Shown one piece after another: positions 52,986 through 64,000 of a stretch of 64,000 bases of DNA (positions are counted from its first letter, which is position 1; each line of letters begins with the position of its first letter). The notes below the pieces were generated by a model. It was not told where the DNA came from. It did not search any database and saw only the letters and a list, made by a program, of their open reading frames with translations. The stretch comes from Octopus vulgaris (lineage: Eukaryota): positions 30,566,001-30,630,000 of the forward strand of contig OX597831.1 in assembly GCA_951406725.2 (NCBI GenBank). Reading direction: 5' to 3'. A program made the translations under genes and the position numbers.

Positions 52986-53517
52986 TTGTATAGGGGAGAT
53001 ATGTTTGTGCTTGCGTTTATGCGTGTATTTATGTATATATGTATACATGTATGTATGTGTGTATGACATTTCTGCGACTTTGCTCAGACAGCTAGATTAA
53101 CATATCCTCTCTTGGAGACATCGGAATGAAAGACAGGCTGCTCTAGAGAAATAGTTTCCCACTAGACGTCTGATCTAGTGATAATGATCAGCCATTAGAA
53201 CATAAAATCGGCTTCAATTAGATGATCTAATTTTATCCAAGTATCTATGTTGTTACTTACTGTCTGTTCCACATTTATAAGCTTGATTCCCATTCAATTA
53301 CGTTGAACATACATCTTGCTCTGTCAACGGAATTGTGCTAATTATTCGAGCAGGAGTCTTCTTAATTTTTGTGTACAGAGAGCAAATCGATACAGACCTA
53401 ACAACAAATGGATACGATATTGGTTCGCCCAATATTGTCATTGACAGCACATTTTGCAAGTGGCTAACATTTAAATATAATATTACCCTGCGTTACTAGT
53501 CGTAAGTATATATACTA

Positions 53518-53580
53518 CAGGGTGTTCAAAAAGTCTCTCCGCACTGAATATTTTTCCATGCGGTGCATGCGCATCTTGGC
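53518..53580 (+). mobile_element. Orphan Tc1/mariner-like TIR
   Basis: TA followed by cagggtgttcaaaaagtc; no partner TIR found. Confidence 0.4.
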
Positions 53581-53589
53581 TATTACTGG

Positions 53590-53750
53590 TTTGCGGCATT
53601 TCATCCGTCTTTACGTTCTGAGTTCAAACACGACCGAGGTCGACTTTACCTTTCATCCTTTAGGGTTCGATAAAATAAGTACTCGCCGAGCACTGGGATC
53701 AATGTAATCGACTTAAATCTCACTAAACTTGCTGGCCTTGTGCCAAGATT
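53590..53750 (+). mobile_element. SINE family B, 5'-truncated
   Basis: Consensus body and 3' end. Confidence 0.85.
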
Positions 53751-54794
53751 TTATAGATGCACAATGTTAAAAAAAAATACGAAAACAAAAAAATATGTCA
53801 GTAGCAGACGAAGATCGTACAGCAACGGTAATGAGAACGCAAGATATGCATGTCTGCTTTTGAGGCTTTGTCAGTAGCAAGTATTCACTAGTAGCTGCAT
53901 GCTAAATCGAAATTCGTCATTGCTGATATAGGAAAACTATGATTCAAAAATTACTAATGTAATATTTAACTGGCCTGCTGTATAAAAATTTGTTAAGTGC
54001 AACGGAAGCAGTATTAGTTTAAAATAGTAATTTGTGTATGTACTTAATGCAAATACATCACGGGAGGCCAAATTACCTGCGGTATTCGTCCTGAGAATAT
54101 ACCTATATATATTGCAGAATATATCAGGAATATTGAAAACAGAGTAAAGCCATCAGCATGGTACACTGTAGTTAGGTTGGTTGTAGCATTTGAACGTGAA
54201 AAATCTTATTAAAATGCACATACAGTAAAGAAAAGACAGCATTGCCTTAATAACTGATATTATTTAGATACTTCAGACAAGTGCAAGGAGCAATTCCACA
54301 CACATTTTGGGCTTATATGACTTCCTCGGTGAAACACAAACTTGAATGTACTTACTGAAATAAGTATAATAAAATAATTATGTAGATGTACATCTCTAGG
54401 CTTGAAAAGCTGGCATACATACTTTACTTTTAAATGAAGTTAATAACTCAGAGACGCTATCAGAATTAAATAACAATAAGTAACAATAGTTCATGAATAA
54501 CTGAGGTGTAAGTCTCAGGAATGAATCTGTTAGCTCATTGTCAAGGTATAATGTTTGTAAATGACCAAATTTGGTATTTAGAAGTTTCAACATCAATAAG
54601 TAATTGGTAATTCTCGAAGGTTGTTCATGTCATAATTATCATATGTTTTGCAATATTTCATAATGTATAAGTGGCTTCAGAATTATACATGATTCCCATG
54701 AGATAAATATTGAATACTATAATATTTAAAAGCAGTAAAACATTAAAATAACAAGATGCAACGGCAAACTCTAGCTATTATTGTCGGTAATGTT

Positions 54795-55117
54795 AAAGCG
54801 GTGAGCTGGTAGAAACGTTAGCACGCTGGGCGAAATGCTTAGCGGTATTTCGTCTGCCGTTACATACTGGGGTCGATATAATCGACTTAATCCGTCTGTC
54901 TGTCCTTGTTTGTCTCCTCTGTGTTTAGCCCCTTGTGGGTAGTAAAGAAATAGGTATTTTGTCGTTCGTCTTTAGGCTCTGAGTTCAAATTCCGCCGAAG
55001 TCAACTTTGCCTTTCATCCTTTCGGGGTCGATAAAATTAAGTACCAGTTGCGTACTGGAGTCGATCTAATCGATCTATTCCCCCCAAATTTCGGGCCTTG
55101 TGCCTAGAGTAGAAAAG
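54795..55117 (+). mobile_element. SINE family B composite (two bodies fused)
   Basis: 18-bp TSD atta(t/c)tgtcggtaa(t/c)gtt at 54777-54794 and 55118-55135; internal junction aaagaaata|ggtattt. Confidence 0.88.
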
Positions 55118-55377
55118 ATTACTGTCGGTAACGTTGTCGATAGGAATTGAGCTAATACAGGCATGGTGTCTCATAGAGAATATTTTCACATCTACATTAC
55201 TGCTCATGAATAATTAATACACGTAAAATATAAACTGTTGATACTTTGTTATAAATAATATTCAGTGTGGTATAGCCATCGCGATCAGCGCCATAATAGT
55301 GAAGCATATTGTAAATATACAACAGACCTCAGTTTCATATATATCTGTAGAAACAACTGGTACTACGTTTATAAAAA

Positions 55378-55665
55378 CGCGGTTAGGGTATTCAGCTCGC
55401 AATCGCAGGGTCGCGAGTACAATTCCACGCGTTGCGTTTTCTCCTTGCGCAAAACACTTTATTTCACATTGGTCCCGCTGGTAGAAATAAGTGGTACCTG
55501 TATTTCAAGGCAACATGGTCGTCACGCCGAATCTTTCAGAGAAATATGTGAAGGGGTACGCGTGTCGGTGGAGTGGTCAGCCACGTGCACGTTAATCTCA
55601 CGAGCAAGGTGTTCCATTGATCGAATCGACTGGAACCCGCTTCGTCGTAAGCGGCGGACTGCCAA
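55378..55665 (+). mobile_element. Old SINE with a D-like head and CORE segment and a C1-type tail
   Basis: ggttagggtattc..ccttgcgcaaaacactttatttcac, then gtacctgtatttcaa..gagtggtcagccac..gttccattgatc..ggaaccc. Confidence 0.65.
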
Positions 55666-55673
55666 TTGATATG

Positions 55674-55706
<33 letters not shown>

Positions 55707-55716
<10 letters not shown>

Positions 55717-56051
55717 TTAAAATTATAATAAAAGAGAACAGCGATAACTATTACATGTATTTTAATATTTCTATTATTGAAAACAAGTGGATGTATTCCA
55801 CCGAAACAGGTAAATAAAACCATCGAACAGAGATTGTCGGAAGCGACACCTACTGGCTGCTACGCTGCATTGAAAAGGGCAATACCGAAATAGCTGCCGG
55901 TCAAGTATGTGGAGCGATGACCTCCTTGTTCGAAGGTTATATGGATAGTTTGTGTATCAAATAGCTAACTTAAGGCGATGGCCTCATGGAGCTAATAAGG
56001 GACAGCTTTATTCTTATTTTTATAAGAATGCCATATTAGTATGATAACTAT

Positions 56052-56052
<1 letters not shown>
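55707..56052 (+). mobile_element. Diverged sister copy of the 20091-20760 Penelope-like repeat; hammerhead partly deleted
   Basis: Shares ttttaatatttctattattgaaaacaagtggatgtattccaccgaaac..ccttgttcgaaggttat..cttaaggcgatggcctcatggagctaat; flanked by (TA)n on both sides. Confidence 0.8.
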
Positions 56053-56136
<84 letters not shown>

Positions 56137-56537
56137 AAGAGAAATGTTCATATTTGTGTAATGGCGTGTGTGTGTATATATATATGTATGTATGTGTATG
56201 TATATATAAACACAGTACACACACACATACGCACACACATACACTCACACATTCAGATACATATATCTGTTTATACAGAAATATGTACGTAGATGCCTAT
56301 TTAAGTGCGTGCGCGTTTCTGGTATATATGTGTGTTTATATGGCTTGCATACAAGTTTCACTTCTTAACGATCTAATCTAATAGATTTATTTACCTATTT
56401 ATCTCTGCCAATCTTTATGTACATAAAACTGATTATCTATTATCTTATACATTTATATATATATATACATATATATGCATATATATCTTTATACCTATAC
56501 ACACACACACACGCACGCACACACACATACAAACGCG

Positions 56538-56595
<58 letters not shown>

Positions 56596-56767
56596 TGTAT
56601 ATATTAAGATACATTACGAAGACATATGAGATGTCTTTATATAGATTACTATATAAATATAACATGCATTTATATATGTGTGAGTATGTATATATATATA
56701 CATATATATATATATGTATATATAAATGTATGTATATATATATATATGTATATACATATATATATGT

Positions 56768-56815
<48 letters not shown>

Positions 56816-57126
56816 ATTGAAACATCATTATAAAAGTAAAAGTCTACAGAAGGCGATTCACAAAAGATAACATAAATATATGTTTTAACTCTGTTTTCCT
56901 TGATATAATGAGAGAGCATCTAGTTAAAGTACATCCAGAAATATTAAAATGTAATAGATCCACTTGGGAAATGAATGTCAGAAGAATTTAAGGAAGGGAA
57001 GATAAAGATTTAAGAAAAACAACTAAAAACAAAATGTAGTTCTTGAATCGGGAATGGAATATCCATGAGCGAAAACGGAAATATTATTGTTAAAAGATAA
57101 TTGAAATTCTTGATAATGATTGTGTA

Positions 57127-57171
<45 letters not shown>

Positions 57172-57219
57172 GAGTGTGTGTGTGCATGTATATATGTCTA
57201 TATGCATATATATATATGT

Positions 57220-57258
<39 letters not shown>

Positions 57259-57527
57259 TAGATATATAGATATAGATATTCTTGATATCTGTTCATTATT
57301 CTTAGACAACAATGTTGTTAGCAGTGTCTTCAAAGTTGCAGTCATCTTGGCTATTGTCGCACTGCTTAGCTGGCCGAAACTTCGTAATCGACATTCTTTA
57401 AATAGAATAATTAATTTGTACTCTACAAAATTTTAGACCAGCGCATTGCATTGACGTAAAGTTATTTTTATTATAACTGAATATACATACACACACGCAA
57501 ACACACGCGCACGCACTCACATATAGA

Positions 57528-57680
57528 AGGGGTCAATCTATGACATCGACAATAATAATTGACTGGTATCTTATTTCATTGAGCCCACAAGGGTCAAACG
57601 CAAAGTTGGTTTTAATGGGTTCTGATCTCACACTGTAAAAAGGGGCAGCAAATAGCACAAAACATTTAGCCGACATTTTA
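57528..57680 (-). mobile_element. Old SINE family B fragment
   Basis: ggggtcaatctatgacatcgac..actggtatcttattt..gcaaagttgg. Confidence 0.5.
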
Positions 57681-57784
57681 AATATTCTGCTGTATACTCT
57701 TTTACTTGTACATATACACAAACACGGACATCGACATACGTTTGCATGCATATACATAGACATGTACTTATTCATAAATGTATG

Positions 57785-57854
<70 letters not shown>

Positions 57855-58058
57855 AATGTATATAGTACTAAAAATGAAAATTCTCGAAGACGTGGTAATA
57901 AAAACAAAGCGATTAACAAAAAGTAGAAGGAAAATCCTTTTTAAGTTTCGTGCATATGCTCTTTTGCGGAAATAATAGAACGAGGAGAGAGAAGTGAACA
58001 AATGTATTAAATGTGTCTCAACTAGTCGGTCACTGCATGCTTAAATGACCGAGACATA

Positions 58059-58121
<63 letters not shown>

Positions 58122-58122
58122 C

Positions 58123-58161
<39 letters not shown>

Positions 58162-58168
58162 GGAGGCG

Positions 58169-58233
<65 letters not shown>

Positions 58234-58241
58234 TATATATA

Positions 58242-58274
<33 letters not shown>

Positions 58275-58378
58275 TAATGCAAATATGCATTTGCATATAA
58301 GTATAGATGTTTGCGAGTTCATATATACACGCAGATGCATATATGCATGTCTGCTTAATTTAGAAATATACTTATATC

Positions 58379-58450
58379 ACTTACCTTATTAGGATAACAG
58401 GATAATAAAATGAACTTACCTGTAAGAAAAATTAGAAGAAGACATTAGAT
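58379..58450 (-). promoter_or_regulatory. Candidate recursive splice site (AG|GTAAGT) with a 35-nt cryptic exon and a downstream donor
   Basis: Minus strand reads atCTAATgtcttcttCTAATttttcttaCAG|GTAAGTtcattttattatcctgttatcctaatAAG|GTAAGT; junctions at 58420/58419 and 58385/58384. Confidence 0.65.
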
Positions 58451-61091
58451 ATTTGGGTCATTTTATATTGCACATTATTTTACATTACATGAGTCATTCT
58501 ATATTGCATATTATTTACATTTATATTGCACATTATTTACATACATACCACCTGTTTCCCAATACCTTTAAGCGCTGTGTAAAACACAGACATCGAGGGG
58601 CTGTTTTGTTGGTAAGGAGAAGCGTACGTTTCTAGAAATACAGTATAATTCTCCTTCTTATCACACTCCTTGTTATCATTCATTGTAAATAGGTGAACTG
58701 ACCTATGTGTTATAGGAAAATAGATGGCAATTGTCTTGTTCGTAAAGACTTTGATCACATAACTGCTAGCTGTGTCCTCATCTTGGACTCAAAATCAATA
58801 ATAATATAAGTTGTAAGTCATATCCAGTATAAGCTAAAATGATCTGACTCCAGCTTCTTATGTCACTATTATTAAGAGCTTTATAGTAGCTTTATAAAGT
58901 CACCGAACCTGCTATAAATAGCAGCTAATTTTTCTTGAAATAATACCGTACAATTGATACAAAACTATTAGAAATTGCGTAAGGACGTTCTGCGCATATA
59001 TGTGTATGCGTATGTATGTATGTGTGTGTGTATGTGTGAGTGTGAGTGTGAATGTAAGTATGTATGTCAATGAGTAGCACGTTGTGATCTAAGGGAATTG
59101 TGCTGCTAACTAACGAGTTTTGTACTACGTGAAGAAAGTATTGAAACGCCAGTAGCCTCATGGGAGCCCCGCGGTTAAATAGATATACATTCACCCTTTA
59201 TACCTCTTGATTTTATGATTTTATATGTATTTATGTATGTATGTATGCATATATATCTGGCGAACAACTTTGATCATGTAAATTCTAGCTAAAGCCAGAA
59301 TGTATATATCAGTCATTTTGCAAAGCAGTTTCTACAACGAGAGGTATAACACTTCCATTAACCAACAAACATGGTGAGACATCCTCAAGTTATGTGAACA
59401 TCACATACTATCCCCAGTACATTCTCCATTAAAATCACATCTTCATAAATTTTGTACTTTATTTTTTAAACTCAGTTCTGACTGATAGTGTTATCTTGTT
59501 AGCATGCCTTGTAGGTGCATGCATATTTATAGAGAAGGTAGAACAGTAATGTAATTCAGAATGGCGCTGTAACTACGTCTTTCCGGTCGGTATCTGATGA
59601 TTGCCTTTTTAATCCCTGATGTGCCACTATTCACAGTGACAAATTCGTCGAAGTGAAAATGCAGTTTCAAAATCCAAGGACTGAACTAAATTTTGTTCAA
59701 CGTTATTGCTTTCCTTTTATGGCCTAGTGTGCCTAAGAAGGGCGGTTACTATAACGTAGTACAAGACTATCAAGACCAGTTGAGAAATGATAGAAGCAAC
59801 TGCAAATCATTGGTTACCTTTAAAACGAGAACATGACTCAAATAGTTGCCATAGAATGTGCACCGCTAAGGACAACCATTGGTGAAATGCATGGACATTA
59901 TATGAGAATCCAAACCTTTTTGCATGTCTCTTATTAATACAATAAGCCTAATAATTTTAAACTTAATTAATAACCATAACCTGTTAAGCTAATTAACTCT
60001 GAAGGTTGAAGCAATTAATTAATTAATTAATTAATTGGAATTAGTTGATTAGAATCCACTGATTACAAGTAGTGATCTGTCTCAGAGTATGACAGTTGTG
60101 ATTCTTTTTAATGAGAAGAAAAATTACCAGAAAGTATCGGAATTGAAACATTCAACACATTTCCAACTGCTTGATAGATGTTTATTACTGCTATGTTTGA
60201 AGAACGGAAATTTAGTTTCAACTTTTTCTCATTAGAATATTCTTGCAGCATTCAAATTTCACATTGCAAAGTGTTAACATGGTCAAATTATATCTTTTCT
60301 CTATTTTCCCGTTGAAAAAGATTTGAATGGCGGAGCAGATAAGATGGCAACCAATTAGCCTAGGATTACTGGTTCCAATCGTGTCATTATTGCCGTACAT
60401 CGTCTATGGTCAAGCCACACACACACACACCCACATACACACGTAGTTGTGCATTCAGCTTTATAGCATCTAAAATTGCGTATTAATTCGTCATCGGACA
60501 GTTTCTCTAAATGGCAACGCACTTTCCAGCAATCTTCAAGAGATGTGTGTTCGCGTCCAATACCTGTTTATTGGCAATTTTTTTCCCCCGCTGTGTAAGG
60601 CTTGGTGTAATTTGTTTATATATATTTATATATATAGAAAGGTTCCAAGAAGATTCTCTAAGTACACTGCTTTTTATAACAGAGAGAACTGTAAGCCAAT
60701 GACGTTGATTACTCAATTCCTTTCATTGTCAATCATTTAATTTCGTATTACACTCTGCACTCAACTAACAATTTATTCTGAAGCAGAGGATATTTTGGGT
60801 TCTAAAAACAGGTTACTACTATCGATATGCCTAAGCAACATCCTTGTATGTATATATATATATATATATATATTGCTTTTAATTATTTAAATTCTTCCTG
60901 TGAAGAAGGAACTGGTTTCTAACAAATATACAAAGTTCTATCGTTGGAATCTAGGTAACTGAATCAATGTTACATTTTAAATCCGAAAAAAGTCTTGGGT
61001 AACTTTACTCTTCCGCTTACAAATTATATTTTTAATGTGCGATTTAGCTGGTTGATTTCTTTTTCTGAAAATCTAAGGTTTTGTATATGTA

Positions 61092-61108
61092 TGCGTAAAT
61101 GCATACAC

Positions 61109-61200
<92 letters not shown>
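61092..61200. repeat. (TG)n microsatellite
   Basis: Seen directly. Confidence 0.98.
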
Positions 61201-61207
<7 letters not shown>

Positions 61208-61299
61208 TACCATCAGTAAAAGAAGATGGTACACACATATTCTACTACAATATACCATAATCATAAAGTGTGAGGAGAGAAAAAATACCATTCTAATTT

Positions 61300-61503
61300 A
61301 ATAATCATTTCCACTGTTGGGCTGGGGGAATAGTTGATTACATCAACCCTAGTGTTTAACTGGTATTTATTTTATCGACCCTGAAATGATAAAAGCTAAA
61401 GTCGACTTCGGATGAATTTAAACTCAGAAGGTAAAGACAGACGTGTGAAATGCAGATAAACATTTTGTCCAGAATGCTAACGATTATGCCAGCTAGCCAC
61501 CTT
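61300..61503 (-). mobile_element. SINE family B, diverged
   Basis: Reverse-complement consensus match. Confidence 0.8.
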
Positions 61504-62776
61504 ACTTATATATATTCAAAATTAGTAAATGCGCAATATAATCGGATTCTTCAGTGTTTATAGAATTCTGCATCTGTAATCGAAATGTTTCCAGATCATT
61601 AAAAACAGGCCTATTGCTGCCATAACAAACACACTTCTTAAAAACAAATCTTCTTATAATTAGATATGTGAAGAGTAGATGACCAGGCACGAAAATTCAA
61701 TCCTGTCTCATACTGTTGGAAATAGCAGCCAAATCTCTTACAAATCCCATTGACGCCTAGATTGCAAATATATTTCATGCATGTTTAAACGTCTTGTGCC
61801 ATAGCTTTACGACTACGACTGATCTACAATGCATGATAGAATCAAAGTTTACTTTGAACCAACGAAGATAGGGCTCTGTTGGAGCATGTGATTTTCTGGA
61901 AATACCCAAATTTCCTACAAACTAAAATGTAATGGTTTACAATGGAAAAATGTTGATTCATATATTCAATAAGTCGAAAGCTTATTATATAACAACTGGT
62001 CGATACAGAGATACAGCGATATTGTGTCTACACTTAAATCTTGCAACGAAGGTACAAATACATTAAGGATCAGATCTTACATAACTCTACTTGAATTATA
62101 GCAACTTCTTCATTGCTTCAGATGTAATGGGAAGCGGTGATGTCTTAAAAGTTAATGGCTGTCATTGGTTCTCATTCGAAAAATTCGTTTTTACGTCAGA
62201 CGTCTTGATCAACACAGCATGGTGGAATCTATCTCCGCCTGTCAACTATACCTACTCGAAAAATATAACGAGGCTCTGGCAAAGGACAAAATGTAGTCTT
62301 ACAATGCTACAATTGCTTCAAGTGGTGAACTGTAACTATCAATCATATACTATTTACTCTCAGTTTATAGAGTGGATTGACCTGAGTTAAATTTCTTGCT
62401 CGAACGCAAATGCAATATTGATGACAGTAAACAAATCGCAGAGATTTCAGGCGGTAATCTACCATTTTATCGACTCCGTCAGTCGGAAATTTCATTTGCG
62501 TTGATCTGAAGAGAAAACTTTTATAAAATTGTTAAAGGATGATAAATTAGGAACCACTTTTTAACCAGTTCGTATTCGAAAAATAATCTTTTGAAGTAAG
62601 CAAGCGTTATCATACTGATTGTGTGAAGCCGTGACATCAAAGTCTTGGATTAAATGTTTCAGTTGTGCTGTTGGAAGAAATATATTCGTCACGACACGCA
62701 ATATTCTTTCTTCTGAATCTATAGCAGTAATCACTCGCACACATACAAACATACGTACGTACATACACACTTGCTC

Positions 62777-62826
<50 letters not shown>

Positions 62827-62849
62827 CTATAAATAAATATATATATACA

Positions 62850-62891
<42 letters not shown>

Positions 62892-63019
62892 AATATATAT
62901 ATATATGTTTACACATACATATATGTATATATATATATATACATATACACACATATATGTATGCATATACATATACATATATATGTACATATATAAGCAA
63001 ATATACATACATAAATATA

Positions 63020-63067
<48 letters not shown>

Positions 63068-63522
63068 GTATGTGTGTGTCTGTATAATATGTATGTAATG
63101 TATGTAAATATATGTATGCATATGTTTTGTGTGCATGTCTGTGTTAGTGTGTGTGTGTGCGTGTGCGCGCATGTGTGTGTGTGTGCGTGAGTGAGTGTGT
63201 TGTGTATGTATGAGTGCGTGTGTGCTCGGCATCAGTCAATAATCTAAGAATCTTGAGATCCAAAGACGTGACGTCTCAGTTTCAGAATAGAATTTGTAGG
63301 AACATTAATAAAACATTACATCTCTCTTTCAGTTGACGAAAATCAGTGATATAAGAATAACTCTTGTTAACAAGCAATCTGATGAGGATAAACATAGTTC
63401 AGTAGTACGGATGCAGCTTCATATGACAGTAGATCGAATTGGTAGTTACGATATCTAGAACTCAACTGACAGGAAATGACTTATAGCATTAGACCGACGG
63501 CTGAAATGTACCTAGGGACGAA

Positions 63523-63910
63523 TATAGGAGCACTCCGTCGGTTGCGACGATGAGGGTCCCAGCTGATACGATCAACGGAACAGCTTGCTCGTGATATTAA
63601 CGTGCAAGTGGCTGAGCACTCCAGAGACACGTGTACCCTTAACGTAGTTCTCGAGGAGATTCAGCGTGACACAGATTGTGACAAGGCCGGTCCTTTCAAA
63701 TACAGGTACAAGAGAAACAGGAAGAAAGAGCGAGAGAAAGTTGTGGTGAAAGAGTTCAGCAGGGTTCACCACCATCCCCTGCCGGAACCTCGTGGAGCTT
63801 TAGGTGTTTTCGCTCAATAAACACTCACAATGCCCGGTCTGGGAATCGAAACCGCGATCCTCCGACCGCGAGTCCGCTGCCCTAACCACTGGGACATTGC
63901 GCCTCCACGC
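63523..63910 (-). mobile_element. SINE family C, tail type 1
   Basis: TSD cctaggg(g)acgaa at 63511-63522 and 63911-63923. Confidence 0.92.
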
Positions 63911-63972
63911 CCTAGGGGACGAACGATGCACGTATATATTATAGTAAGGCATTAATATGATTTAGGACAAGA

Positions 63973-64000
63973 AGGCGGCGAGCTGGCAGAAACGTTAGCG
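63973..64000 (+). mobile_element. SINE family B head, cut by the window end
   Basis: aggcggcgagctggcagaaacgttagc. Confidence 0.85.

Overview
AT-rich, repeat-dense eukaryotic DNA with no recognisable intact protein-coding gene. Nearly all supplied ORFs are translations of microsatellites or SINEs. The SINE families and the heavy (TA)n/(TG)n/(TATC)n/(AAT)n load look like an Octopus (coleoid cephalopod) genome; this is my inference and is not verified. Contents: about 40 copies or fragments of tRNA-derived SINEs from 3-4 head families with swappable tails; decayed mariner, Tc1 and probable piggyBac transposases; a hAT-type MITE; a non-autonomous Helitron; 3' fragments of CR1-, RTE-, HERO/NeSL- and R4-type LINEs; and several palindromic, Penelope-like remnants next to (TA)n tracts. 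Two signals stand out. (1) On the minus strand at 58420/58419, a strong 3' splice site runs directly into a perfect 5' splice site (TTTTCTTACAG|GTAAGT), and a second AAG|GTAAGT follows 35 nt later. This is the signature of a recursive splice site with a short cryptic exon, and it suggests the window is part of a giant minus-strand intron, possibly ending at an acceptor at 3176/3175. (2) Several unrelated minimal type I hammerhead ribozyme motifs are present; two of them carry a compensatory U3-A8 core in place of C3-G8. Coordinates were read by eye and element ends may be off by a few bases.
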